DNA of 14,064 bases from a virus (lineage: Duplodnaviria; Heunggongvirae; Uroviricota; Caudoviricetes): the IMG/VR virus record IMGVR_UViG_2563366799_000001; one strand, given 5' to 3'. Below, one piece after another: positions 1 to 8,735 of the stretch; position 1 is the first letter of the stretch, and each line of letters opens with the position of its first letter. The position numbers and the translations under genes are program-made. Below the pieces are notes generated by a model. It was not told where the DNA came from and made no database searches. It worked only from the letters and a program-made list of their open reading frames with translations.

Positions 1-95
1 TCAAGGCATTTACGGGAGAAAAAATCGGCTCAAACATGAAGAAATGAAATGACTGAGTCAGCCGAGAAGAATTTCCCCGCTTATTCGCACCTTCC
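1..95 (-). mobile_element. IS5 terminal segment (partial copy, body extends beyond window start)
   Basis: Bases 1..95 are the reverse complement of the IS5 end that begins GGAAGGTGCGAATAAGCGGGGAAATTCTTCTCGGCTGACTCAGTCATTTCATTTCTTCATGTTTGAGCCG, and of window bases 13973..14064. Flank next to the IS end is TTAG (96..99), compatible with the IS5 YTAR target. Confidence 0.9.
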
Positions 96-856
96 TTAGC
101 AGCTCTAATACCGCCCTGAATCGCAAGCCCTGTATGGCAATTTGACATTGAGCATGATTGCCATCTGTGCAAGGGACCTCCATTAATCGAAACTTCCAGC
201 AGATCTTTATCTCCTTTCATCCTGACCCCTTCATACAACATATCAAGACGCTCAACAATCAATCCTGTTGGAGGTTCCATTTTTAGAACGAGGGCAAACT
301 CTCCTGGCCCACGTCGTATTGTTATACGCGGGCCGGTACACTCCACATCCCAATTGTCTGATTTAGCTTTCCATTCATTTTCATCTATCAGTAAAGTCTC
401 CTTACCAATAGAATTACAGAAAATTCCTGATAAAAGCATCGGTCCATGTGGTATGGGTGAAGGTTTCACAGAAAGAATGGGTTGTTCGTTGACTACAATC
501 AAATTTTGACAGTTATGAAACGTCACTCCTGCAAATTTTACTGTTATAGGCTCATTATGAAAATCAAACATTTCATTTGCAAAACCAGCCTGTAAGCACT
601 TGGGATTTCTGTCAGCTATTTCCACTGTCTGTGCTGAAAGTCTACCACGAGCTCTTTTTTGATTGCATTGGGAGCAAAGAAGTGTCATTCCATTCGGATC
701 ATGTATTTTGGCATCAACGAAGTCAGGTTTAAAATGCTCATAATCATAAAATCCAAATCCACAAATTACACAGCCAAAGCCGCACCTTTGCCTTATCTGA
801 CGTTTTATTGTCTCAGGTATTCTTCTTGAGAGCCCGTGTTTATTAATATTGTCCAT
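96..856 (-). CDS. HNH-motif nuclease-like protein, 3' end disrupted by IS5 (reading frame runs into the IS without a stop)
   Basis: Minus-strand ATG at 856, first in-frame ATG after an upstream stop. The N-terminus carries CGFGCVIC ... YDYEHFKP ... DPNGMTLLCSQCNQK, an HNH-like Cys/His/Asn pattern. About 253 native codons, then the frame continues into IS5. Low GC relative to neighbours. Absent from the ORF track because it has no stop inside the window. Confidence 0.6.
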
Positions 857-1030
857 ATGGTTAGTACGCTATAAGTTTGTTTCTATAATTTTACCACAAT
901 AGATAAGTTTGTATCAGAAATCGCTATATGGAGTGAGCGGAATATTTATATTATTCATACAATTGCTCTCCCGTACGCAGCCCGCACTTCCGTCATCGCA
1001 GAATGACGGAAGCCTTACTAACTAGCGCCT

Positions 1031-1354
1031 TTATTGAAACAGATTCTGAGGTAAATGCGGCAATACTCGACTCCACTTATCATCCTGCCACGGCTGAAGT
1101 TTTACATGTGCCGTTTCTCGGGCGAGGATTGCTCGCGCTCTGTTGAGTATCTGGGGATATTCTTGCTCGATGGAAGTGAAGTGACCAGCCTCACCATGCT
1201 CCGCATCCTGAAGAAGATGAGTAACGTTCTGGTAGGCAATTAACATCACATTCCCTGCTCGCCATAACCAGGCGAGTGTGCAAAGTTCGTTATCAGTGAA
1301 TTGTTTTGTGATTGGGAATTGTTGAACTGCTAGAACGAGAACGCCAGCATCCAT
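1031..1354 (-). CDS. hypothetical protein (107 aa)
   Basis: Complete ORF in the track with a plausible AGGGA ribosome-binding site upstream; no recognisable motif. Lies between the HNH gene and the recombinase on the same strand. Confidence 0.35.
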   Translation of the reverse strand: MDAGVLVLAVQQFPITKQFTDNELCTLAWLWRAGNVMLIAYQNVTHLLQDAEHGEAGHFTSIEQEYPQILNRARAILARETAHVKLQPWQDDKWSRVLPHLPQNLFQ

Positions 1355-1465
1355 TGGCAGTCCCTATAGTAAAACCATAGCTCAGGACGCTTCGTTCAGG
1401 ATAGATACTTTTATTGTACTTACCTAACTTTCTTACTATAGCACGGTTGAAAAAGTGATTATTAC

Positions 1466-2992
1466 TCAAAAATGAACCTCACCATCAACCATATATTTGA
1501 GAGTACTTATCGCCTGCTGGGCGGATATTGTTTTCATTAAAGGATAGTGTTTAAAAACAATGCCATTCATAAAATAGATATCACAGGTTTTATTATCTGT
1601 ATTGATTATGATTTTTTCGAATGTTTTATAGGCAAGTGTACGACATAGCTCTCGCCCATTTTTACTGGTTAAGTCAATAGCATGAAAATCACCAAGTGAA
1701 CTCACCGCTTTACTCTTCAAAGTTTTTAATGATACCGAAGCCCTTCGTAATTCCTTATCTAATACTCTGATTTTTTCTGCTATAGCGGTAACTTCAGGCG
1801 CGACAGACAATGCAACGATTAAATTATTAATTTTCATCTGAAGCTCAATAATTTTTAACTCTAAAGTTTCATTAGCATCTTTCTTGTTTTCAACTGGTTG
1901 AATTTTGCCACAATTAAAAAGCAATTCATTAATGATATTATAATCAACCAAATCTCTTTTTATTGATGGCCTGTCACATCGATGTAATCTTCTCATCGGA
2001 CAAACATAATAGCCATGCAAACTTCCAGATACCGCATGAACAATCATGGTATTACCACAAGCCTCACACTTCATAACTGTTCGAAGTAGATTTATTAGCA
2101 TAGGATTCTTGCTACTATTGCTAATACCAAAAGGTGCCAACCGAATTTCCTGTACAGCGTAAAACAAATCATCTGATATGACTCTGGGATAATAGCCAGC
2201 GATTTCACTTATCCCTTTCCCTCTTGCACGATATGAAGGTACGCATATACCTATCAGAGCTTTATTCGCTAATAATTTTTCAATTACAGAAGGCCCCCAT
2301 GCACTTTCTTTTCCTGAGAAATTCTTTACAGCATGATCATTTAAATACTTGGCTATTGCATTCAATGAGCGCCTTTCCATCCTGAGTTTAAAAATTAGCT
2401 CAATAGTTTTCACCCTGTCGGGGTCTGGAACAAAGGCCGTTCTTTTGTCATCTAAGGAGAGCCATCTCGGACAAGACGCCGTCATAATCGTACCTGATTC
2501 CAGTGCATCCTGCCGTTTTTTCTTCCATGATAATTTAACCCGACTTGACTTTATCTCGCTTTCTTCATTTGCCCTTTGTGCTATAAGTATGGCTTTTATT
2601 AATGAATATGGCTCATTCAAAGAGTCAATATTATAGACTGTATTGTCGCAAAGAGTTATAACATCAATACCGTGATTCAAAATCAATTTCAGACGTTCAA
2701 TCGCTTCACCGACTTTTTCTCTTGAAAGTCTGTCCAGACTTTCAACTAACAATGTAGTTCCTGGCAATATATAACCATGCTCTATAGCATCTAAAAATTC
2801 CGAAAAAGCTCCTGATTGTGCATGCTTTCCTTTGAATGCACTTAATCCTAAATCTTCATATGTTATGGTATCAAGATAATAATCACTATTTACCTTTAAC
2901 CATTCAGCAATAAGTCTTCTCTGTCGGTTTAATGAGTCGCCAGACATCTGACCTGGTGATGAAAATCGCATATATGCTATGGCTTTTTTCAT
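1466..2992 (-). CDS. ybcK: large serine recombinase (resolvase-type catalytic domain, recombinase domain, zinc-ribbon), YbcK-like
   Basis: 508-aa ORF. N-terminal YMRFSSPGQ matches the serine-recombinase catalytic motif; C-terminal cysteine cluster CEACGNT ... YYVCP ... HRCD. AGGTG ribosome-binding site 5 nt upstream. Same length and same position next to emrE as DLP12 ybcK. Confidence 0.88.
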   Translation of the reverse strand: MKKAIAYMRFSSPGQMSGDSLNRQRRLIAEWLKVNSDYYLDTITYEDLGLSAFKGKHAQSGAFSEFLDAIEHGYILPGTTLLVESLDRLSREKVGEAIERLKLILNHGIDVITLCDNTVYNIDSLNEPYSLIKAILIAQRANEESEIKSSRVKLSWKKKRQDALESGTIMTASCPRWLSLDDKRTAFVPDPDRVKTIELIFKLRMERRSLNAIAKYLNDHAVKNFSGKESAWGPSVIEKLLANKALIGICVPSYRARGKGISEIAGYYPRVISDDLFYAVQEIRLAPFGISNSSKNPMLINLLRTVMKCEACGNTMIVHAVSGSLHGYYVCPMRRLHRCDRPSIKRDLVDYNIINELLFNCGKIQPVENKKDANETLELKIIELQMKINNLIVALSVAPEVTAIAEKIRVLDKELRRASVSLKTLKSKAVSSLGDFHAIDLTSKNGRELCRTLAYKTFEKIIINTDNKTCDIYFMNGIVFKHYPLMKTISAQQAISTLKYMVDGEVHF

Positions 2993-3236
2993 GGTGACAC
3001 CTGCTAACGTATGCTTTTATAAATCTTAGTGGTGAGATATAATTTTTGTTTAATTTTTATTTAAAAAGACAATTACGATCACATTCTCTTGAATATACAA
3101 CAATAATCGTATTGCAATTTGCTTACGCAATAATCTTGAAGGCACAAAAGAATACATAAAAACTAAAAACATTAACAAAAGCGGCCCATGTAAAGATATG
3201 AACCGCCATATTTCAGTCTTTTAAAAGAAATTATTT

Positions 3237-3569
3237 TTAATGTGGTGTGCTTCGTGACAATAAATTAATAACCAACACACCGGCACAAATCAACATCATG
3301 CCTATAACGGCTGGCAGGTCCAGCCGTTGGACGAAAAACCCCCATGACAGTAAGCTAATCAGGACAATACCGACTCCTGACCAGATAGCATAAGCAATCC
3401 CTGTAGGAATATAAGCCAGCGTCTGAGCTAATAACCAGAATGATGCACAGTAACAAATAATTGTACCAACAGATGGCCATAACCGTGTAAAACCTTCTGA
3501 AAACTTCATTAAGGTTGTACCAATGACCTCTGCAAGTATTGCACCACCAAGATAAATATAAGGATTCAT
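3237..3569 (-). CDS. emrE: small multidrug resistance efflux transporter EmrE
   Basis: Translation from MNPYIYLGGAILAEVIGTTLMKFSEGF ... LLSRSTPH is 110 aa and matches EmrE nearly residue for residue from recall. AGGAAAG ribosome-binding site before ATG at 3569. The track ORF (3237..3623) includes 18 upstream codons judged non-coding. Confidence 0.93.
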   Translation of the reverse strand: MNPYIYLGGAILAEVIGTTLMKFSEGFTRLWPSVGTIICYCASFWLLAQTLAYIPTGIAYAIWSGVGIVLISLLSWGFFVQRLDLPAVIGMMLICAGVLVINLLSRSTPH

Positions 3570-4014
3570 AGCATATTCTTTCCTGTTCAAACTGGAGAGA
3601 ATTGTACTACAGATTGAACTCAACTCACCGGTTTCATCATTGTGTATCCATTGATGTTCTTTTGTATACCCTCAATATCCGTTTCATCGCGGTACTCCGG
3701 CGACACTCCTTAAAAATCAGGTTCGGCTCACCTTTCCTGCCCGTTCTCCCCGGGTAGCAAACCGATAATACACCGTTCGCCAGTCCTTACTATCAATGAC
3801 CAAGATTCCTGCCCATATCATTTTAGCCGCAGCCTAATTTATGCTGGTTATTGTTACGTGTGAATTCAGTTAGCTGCATAAATTGTCACGGAAGTGATAC
3901 ATCGATATTATCGAGAAATTCACTCGAATTTATACGATTGAAACTGCACTTATATCTGTTTTAAATACTCCGAACACTCTTTACAACAACTGTGTGAAAA
4001 TGGAGATAATTAAA

Positions 4015-4743
4015 ATGAAAAAGGGTTTGGCTATTTCATTCATTGCCGCCGTGTGTGCATTTGCTGCAAATGCGAGTGCTGAGGAAAGTAAAAACGGGTT
4101 TTATCTAACCGGTAAAGCCGGTGCCTCTGTGGCGTCGTTATCAGACCAGCGTTTTCAGTATGATGAAGGCGATTGGTCAACTGGATTTAAGGGCAGCAAC
4201 AACCATGACACGGCGTTTAGTGGTGGTATCGCAGCGGGTTATGACTTTTACCCACAGTTCAGTATTCCTGTTCGTACGGAGCTTGAATTTTATGCCCGCG
4301 GAAAGGCTGATACAGAATACAATCTTTTTAAGGACGACTGGGTGCGAGCTGACATGAAGAATGAGGTGTCAGTCAACAGCCTGATGTTGAACGCGTACTA
4401 TGACTTCCGGAACGACAGCGCATTCACCCCTTGGGTGTCCGCAGGGATTGGTTATGCAAGAATTCATCAGAAATCAACGGGTGTCATCACCTTCGATAAT
4501 GGATACGGATACAGTGACCGCGCATCTGATTCCCGTTCAGATTCTTCTGATAACTTCGCATGGAGCCTTGGTGCTGGCGTCCGCTATGACGTAACTCCAG
4601 ATGTCAGTCTGGACATCAGTTATCGCTACCTGGATGCAGGTGATGCCAATGTGACTTATACCGATGATTGGGGCGATAAATATAAATCAGATGTTGATGT
4701 AAAAAGTCATGACATTATGCTTGGTGTAACCTATAACTTCTGA
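4015..4743 (+). CDS. outer-membrane beta-barrel protein with signal peptide
   Basis: Start at internal ATG 4015 (MKKGLAISFIAAVCAFAANASA-EE signal peptide with AxA cleavage motif) preceded by GGAG. Alternating aromatic/hydrophilic beta-strand pattern and C-terminal ...GVTYNF, the terminal-Phe signature of outer-membrane barrels. Confidence 0.8.
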   Translation: MKKGLAISFIAAVCAFAANASAEESKNGFYLTGKAGASVASLSDQRFQYDEGDWSTGFKGSNNHDTAFSGGIAAGYDFYPQFSIPVRTELEFYARGKADTEYNLFKDDWVRADMKNEVSVNSLMLNAYYDFRNDSAFTPWVSAGIGYARIHQKSTGVITFDNGYGYSDRASDSRSDSSDNFAWSLGAGVRYDVTPDVSLDISYRYLDAGDANVTYTDDWGDKYKSDVDVKSHDIMLGVTYNF

Positions 4744-4790
4744 ACAAACCTTTTCTAAATTATAATTACACGCTTACTGTGATTAACTAA

Positions 4791-4826
4791 AGCCCCCTGC
4801 AATATATTGCTATGGGGGGCTCTTTC
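4791..4826 (+). terminator. putative rho-independent terminator after the outer-membrane protein gene
   Basis: GC stem GCCCCC / GGGGGC around a 16-17 nt loop (TGCAATATATTGCTA), followed by a short T-containing tract (TCTTTC). About 48 nt after the stop codon. Confidence 0.45.
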
Positions 4827-5144
4827 GCTCATCGTGCAGGATGATTTTTGCCTAATTCCGTTATCACCACAATAATATTCATCGACATTTTCTTAATGGA
4901 CACCTGAAAATATTTTATCGGGTAATATTCCGAGATTTTATTGTTTTTATTCTTTTCCGTTATCTCTGATAATATTGTAAGCATCCGGTGAACTCGCCTT
5001 GCGTGGACTAGCCAGTCGTTGTAGCACTGACGCCGCTGCGTTGAGTTCTTTTTTTCGCCATCAGCTCTCCTGCTTCTGTAGATAAAGAAGAGACAGAAGA
5101 ATGGCGTTGATCACAACGACCAGTAATGCGAATTCATCGGCCCC

Positions 5145-5237
5145 TCACACTGTTACAGCTGATAGTGCAACAACCTCCAACGCACAGAAGCTCTTATGCG
5201 TCCCCAGGTAATCAATAATTGCCTCTTTGCCCGTCAT
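5145..5237 (-). pseudogene. ren: ren remnant (30 codons, premature stop)
   Basis: ATG overlaps the P stop codon (ATGA) as in lambda. Translation MTGKEAIIDYLGTHKSFCALEVVALSAVTV* matches the lambda Ren N-terminus (MTGKEAIIHYLGTHNSFCAPDVAAL...) then terminates. Confidence 0.55.
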
Positions 5238-5935
5238 ACACTTGCTCCTTTCAGCCCAAACTTCGCTTTGATTTCTGCGATCTTCGCCAGAGCCTGAACA
5301 CGATTAAGCGGTCTCCCGCCCATAACAGGAAGTTGTTTTACTGGTTCAGGTATCGCCTCACCACGGTTAATTCGCGCTGTCATACAGGCCAGTTCATCGG
5401 CAGCCTTGCGCCGTAATTCCGCATCAGTCAGCGCATTGGCCCGCATGTTCTGATACAGGTTGGTAACCAGCCAGTAGTGCGCGTTTGATTTCCACGGATA
5501 AGACTCTGCATCCGGATACAGGCCACGTTTCCGGCAATACTCGTAAACCATATCAACCAGCTCGCTGGCGTTTGGCAGCCCGGCGGTAACGGATGCTTCT
5601 TCCCGGCACCAGGCAACAAACTGCCCGGGTGATGGCAGGAATGGTCGATTCTGCCGACGGGCTACGCGCATTCCTGCGTTAACCTGTTCCATCGTGGTGA
5701 TCCCGTTTTCCCGGAAAGCCAGAACCCACTGGCGGCGGATTTCGTTCAGTTCGTTCTGGTCCCGGTTAGCCAGGCTCGCCGGGAAAGTTGCCAGTAACTG
5801 GCTGAACACACCATTGATGATCTGCGCTACCTGTTGTACCTGCGGCTTTTCGTCGTACTGTTCCGGCATGTTGTTGGCGATCCGGCGCATCTGCTCACGG
5901 TCAAAGTTAACCATCTGTGCGGCGATGTTTTTCAT
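5234..5935 (-). CDS. P: lambda-type replication protein P (DnaB helicase loader)
   Basis: 233-aa translation MKNIAAQMVNFDREQMRRIANNMPEQYDEKPQ ... KFGLKGASV matches lambda P almost exactly from recall. GGGGTGG ribosome-binding site; start overlaps the stop of the upstream O fragment. Confidence 0.95.
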   Translation of the reverse strand: MKNIAAQMVNFDREQMRRIANNMPEQYDEKPQVQQVAQIINGVFSQLLATFPASLANRDQNELNEIRRQWVLAFRENGITTMEQVNAGMRVARRQNRPFLPSPGQFVAWCREEASVTAGLPNASELVDMVYEYCRKRGLYPDAESYPWKSNAHYWLVTNLYQNMRANALTDAELRRKAADELACMTARINRGEAIPEPVKQLPVMGGRPLNRVQALAKIAEIKAKFGLKGASV

Positions 5936-6397
5936 AAATCCACCCCGTAAATCCAGTCAGTGTTTGTCAGGTCGAGTTTTGATTTTCCGGCTGTCACGCC
6001 AGCCTGTTGCTTGTTACGGTTGATTTCGAGTTGGGTCCACTTGTCGCGGAGTTTGGCCGGACTTAGCACGTTACCGGACCAGAAGTTGTCCTGGCATGCC
6101 CAGCGGAACAGCACGCACATGTCGCGGTGGTTACGGCCGTCACGTTCACGCATCAGACGGATATCGTTAGCCCACCCTGCAAAATTCGGTTTTCTGGCTG
6201 ATGGCGCGATGGTCTTCACCATGTCAAACATCCACTCTGCGGCGGTCAGGTCTTCTGCTGTCCCCCACTTGCTGCCGCTCTGAATCGCAGCATCCGCTTT
6301 CACCACAGGAAGGTCGTTTTCTGGCAGGTCAGAGGATTCGCCAGAATTCTCGGACGAATAAGGTTTTATATTGTCTTTTGTTAGTTTGTCTTTTGTG
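5932..6397 (-). pseudogene. O: replication protein O, C-terminal (P-interacting) part only; N-terminal origin-binding domain deleted
   Basis: Translation from ...[59 protein letters not shown] ... TDWIYGVDL matches the lambda O C-terminal half. The first ~35 codons of the 191-aa track ORF (5932..6507) are antisense to gam and are not O. Confidence 0.8.
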
Positions 6398-6400
6398 TTT
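6344..6400 (-). promoter_or_regulatory. remnant of ori-lambda AT-rich segment (iteron array absent)
   Basis: In O sense: ACACAAAAGACAAACTAACAAAAGACAATATAAAACCTTATTCGTCCGAGAATTCTGGCGAATCC, resembling the A/T-rich part of ori-lambda including the GAATTC site inside O. No TCCCTCAAA-type iterons upstream; the sequence switches to gam at about 6405..6415. Confidence 0.45.
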
Positions 6401-6414
6401 ACCTGATTCGGGTA

Positions 6415-6534
6415 AGTGCCTTTACCCGTGCATTTGATGACGATGTTGAGTTTCAGGAGCGCATGGCAGAACACATCCGGTACATGGTTGAAACCATTGC
6501 TCACCATCAGGTTGATATTGATTCAGAGGTATAA
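6415..6534 (+). pseudogene. gam: gam 3' fragment (last ~40 codons, no start)
   Basis: Plus-strand frame reads ...[39 protein letters not shown], matching the lambda Gam C-terminus. Ends 5 nt before the bet start, as in lambda. Confidence 0.75.
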
Positions 6535-6539
6535 AACGG

Positions 6540-7325
6540 ATGAGTACAGCACTCGCAACGCTGGCTGGGAAGCTGGCTGAACGTGTCGGCATGGATTCTG
6601 TCGACCCACAGGAACTGATCACCACTCTTCGCCAGACGGCATTTAAAGGTGATGCCAGCGATGCGCAGTTCATCGCATTGTTGATCGTCGCCAACCAGTA
6701 CGGCCTTAATCCGTGGACGAAAGAAATTTACGCCTTCCCTGACAAGCAGAACGGCATCGTTCCGGTGGTGGGCGTTGATGGCTGGTCCCGCATCATCAAT
6801 GAAAACCAGCAGTTTGATGGCATGGACTTTGAGCAGGACAATGAATCCTGCACATGCCGGATTTACCGCAAGGACCGTAATCATCCGATCTGCGTTACCG
6901 AGTGGATGGATGAATGCCGCCGCGAACCATTCAAAACCCGTGAAGGCAGAGAAATCACGGGGCCGTGGCAGTCGCATCCTAAACGGATGTTACGGCATAA
7001 AGCCATGATTCAGTGTGCCCGTCTCGCCTTCGGATTTGCGGGTATCTATGACAAGGATGAAGCCGAGCGCATTGTCGAAAATACCGCATACACTGCAGAA
7101 CGTCAGCCGGAACGCGACATCACTCCGGTTAACGATGAAACCATGCAGGAGATTAACACTCTGCTGATTGCCCTGGACAAAACATGGGATGACGACTTAT
7201 TGCCGCTCTGTTCCCAGATATTTCGCCGCGACATTCGCGCATCGTCGGAACTGACACAGGCCGAAGCAGTGAAAGCTCTTGGATTCCTGAAACAGAAAGC
7301 CTCTGAACAGAAGGTGGCTGCATGA
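6540..7325 (+). CDS. bet: Red beta single-strand annealing protein (Bet)
   Basis: 261-aa translation [38 protein letters not shown] ... EQKVAA matches lambda Bet from recall; stop overlaps the exo start. Confidence 0.96.
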   Translation: MSTALATLAGKLAERVGMDSVDPQELITTLRQTAFKGDASDAQFIALLIVANQYGLNPWTKEIYAFPDKQNGIVPVVGVDGWSRIINENQQFDGMDFEQDNESCTCRIYRKDRNHPICVTEWMDECRREPFKTREGREITGPWQSHPKRMLRHKAMIQCARLAFGFAGIYDKDEAERIVENTAYTAERQPERDITPVNDETMQEINTLLIALDKTWDDDLLPLCSQIFRRDIRASSELTQAEAVKALGFLKQKASEQKVAA

Positions 7326-8002
7326 CACCGGACATTATCCTGCAGCGTACCGGGATCGACGTGAGAGCTGTCGAACAGGGGGATGATGCGTGGCACAAAT
7401 TACGGCTCGGCGTCATCACCGCTTCAGAAGTTCACAACGTGATAGCAAAACCCCGCTCAGGAAAGAAATGGCCTGACATGAAAATGTCCTACTTCCACAC
7501 CCTGCTTGCCGAGGTTTGCACCGGTGTGGCTCCGGAAGTTAACGCTAAGGCGCTGGCCTGGGGAAAACAGTACGAGAACGACGCCAGAGCCCTCTTTGAG
7601 TTCACTTCCGGCGTGAATGTTACTGAATCCCCGATCATCTATCGCGACGAAAGTATGCGCACCGCCTGCTCTCCCGATGGTTTATGCAGTGACGGCAACG
7701 GCCTTGAACTGAAATGCCCGTTTACCTCCCGGGATTTCACGAAATTCCGGCTCGGTGGTTTCGAGGCAATAAAATCGGCTTACATGGCCCAGGTGCAGTA
7801 CAGCATGTGGGTGACTCGAAAAGATGCCTGGTACTTTGCCAACTATGACCCGCGCATGAAGCGTGAAGGCCTGCATTATGTCGTGATTGAGCGGAATGAA
7901 AAGTACATGGCGAGTTTTGACGAGATGGTGCCGGAGTTCATCGAAAAAATGGACGAGGCACTGGCTGAAATTGGTTTTGTATTTGGGGAGCAATGGCGAT
8001 GA
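7322..8002 (+). CDS. exo: lambda exonuclease (Red alpha, 5'-3' dsDNA exonuclease)
   Basis: 226-aa translation [47 protein letters not shown] ... FVFGEQWR matches lambda Exo from recall. Confidence 0.96.
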   Translation: MTPDIILQRTGIDVRAVEQGDDAWHKLRLGVITASEVHNVIAKPRSGKKWPDMKMSYFHTLLAEVCTGVAPEVNAKALAWGKQYENDARALFEFTSGVNVTESPIIYRDESMRTACSPDGLCSDGNGLELKCPFTSRDFTKFRLGGFEAIKSAYMAQVQYSMWVTRKDAWYFANYDPRMKREGLHYVVIERNEKYMASFDEMVPEFIEKMDEALAEIGFVFGEQWR

Positions 8003-8181
8003 AGCATCCTCACGATAATATCCGGGTAGGCGCGATCACTTTCGTCTACTCCGTTACAAAGCGAGGCTGGGTATTTCCCGGCCTTTCTGTTACCCGAAAT
8101 CCCCTGAAAGCACAGCGGCTGGCTGAGGAGATAAATAATAAACGGGGAGCTGTATGCACAAAGCATCTCCTGTTGAGTTAA
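7993..8181 (+). CDS. lambda orf60a-like small hypothetical protein
   Basis: 62-aa [29 protein letters not shown]... directly after exo with overlapping start, the position of lambda orf60a. Confidence 0.55.
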   Translation: MAMKHPHDNIRVGAITFVYSVTKRGWVFPGLSVTRNPLKAQRLAEEINNKRGAVCTKHLLLS

Positions 8182-8345
8182 GAACGAGCATTGAGATGGC
8201 ACATAGCCTCGCTCAAATTGGAGTCAGGTTTGTGCCAATGCCAGTAGAAACAGACGAAGAATTTCATACGTTAGCCGCATCCCTTTCACAAAAGCTGGAA
8301 ATGATGGTGGCGAAAGCAGAAGCAGATGAGAGAGACCAGGTATGA
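8154..8345 (+). CDS. lambda orf63-like small hypothetical protein
   Basis: 63-aa [26 protein letters not shown]..., next in the series of small early-left ORFs. Confidence 0.55.
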   Translation: MHKASPVELRTSIEMAHSLAQIGVRFVPMPVETDEEFHTLAASLSQKLEMMVAKAEADERDQV

Positions 8346-8421
8346 CAACCACTGAATGCATTTTTCTGGCAGCGGGCTTCATATTCTGTGTGCTTATGCT
8401 TGCCGACATGGGACTTGTTCA

Positions 8422-8637
8422 ATGACACCTCAGCAAGAAAACGCCCTTCGCAGTATTGCCCGTCAGGCTAATTCTGAAATCAAAAAAGCCAGACAGCAGT
8501 TTCCGGATAAAAACGTCGATGACATTTGCCGTAGCGTACTGAAGAAGCACCGCGAAACGGTAACGCTGATGGGATTCACACCGACTCATTTAAGCCTGGC
8601 GATCGGCATGTTAAACGGCGTCTTTAAGGAGCGATGA
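8422..8637 (+). CDS. lambda orf61-like small hypothetical protein
   Basis: Internal ATG at 8422 (MTPQQENALRSIARQANSEIKK...) chosen over the track start 8356; the upstream 22 codons look non-coding. Confidence 0.5.
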   Translation: MTPQQENALRSIARQANSEIKKARQQFPDKNVDDICRSVLKKHRETVTLMGFTPTHLSLAIGMLNGVFKER

Positions 8638-8658
8638 ACATGAAAAGCAAAATCATCA

Positions 8659-8682
8659 GGGAGCTACAGGCTCCTTTTTTAT
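8659..8682 (+). terminator. putative rho-independent terminator
   Basis: GGAGC-TACAG-GCTCC hairpin (8660..8674) followed by TTTTTT ATT. Confidence 0.5.
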
Positions 8683-8735
8683 TATTCGCATTCACCCTCA
8701 AGCGTATTAACCAACAATTCAGGGATTAATGGAAG

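Noticed and set aside
1055-1243. Plus-strand 62-aa ORF opposite the 107-aa hypothetical gene
   Set aside because: Shorter than and fully overlapped by the minus-strand ORF, which has the better start context; neither is confidently coding.
2349-2636. Plus-strand 95-aa ORF inside the serine recombinase gene
   Set aside because: Antisense shadow of the 508-aa recombinase ORF; no independent start signals.
3570-3623. Track ORF for emrE extended to 128 aa (MSSICSTILSSLNRKEYA...)
   Set aside because: EmrE begins at MNPYIYL with an AGGAAAG ribosome-binding site directly upstream; the extra 18 codons have no such site and are not part of the known protein.
4121-4594. Plus-strand ORFs 4121..4357 and 4400..4594 overlapping the outer-membrane protein gene in other frames
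   Set aside because: Alternate-frame ORFs within a gene that has signal peptide and barrel features in its own frame.
4860-5144. IS3 insertion or further nin-region genes downstream of the ren remnant
   Set aside because: No IS3 terminal sequence or long ORF is evident; only a 17-codon ORF and AT-rich non-coding sequence, so this is left as degraded spacer.
5219-6437. Plus-strand ORFs across P and the O fragment (5219..5416, 5694..6023, 5960..6283, 6201..6437) and minus 5428..5619
   Set aside because: Antisense or out-of-frame relative to P/O, Arg/Cys-rich low-complexity translations characteristic of GC-rich antisense frames.
6398-6507. N-terminal 35 residues of the 191-aa ORF ([25 protein letters not shown]...)
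   Set aside because: This stretch is the antisense of the gam C-terminal coding sequence; the open frame is a by-product of the deletion junction, not an O N-terminal domain.
6422-6977. Minus-strand ORFs 6422..6694 and 6507..6977 overlapping gam fragment and bet
   Set aside because: Antisense to bet and gam; no support beyond being open.
7103-8202. Minus-strand ORFs of 88-108 aa inside bet and exo (7103..7396, 7153..7419, 7682..7993, 7876..8202)
   Set aside because: Fully nested antisense to well-supported bet/exo genes, with no ribosome-binding sites and biased low-complexity composition; typical shadow ORFs.
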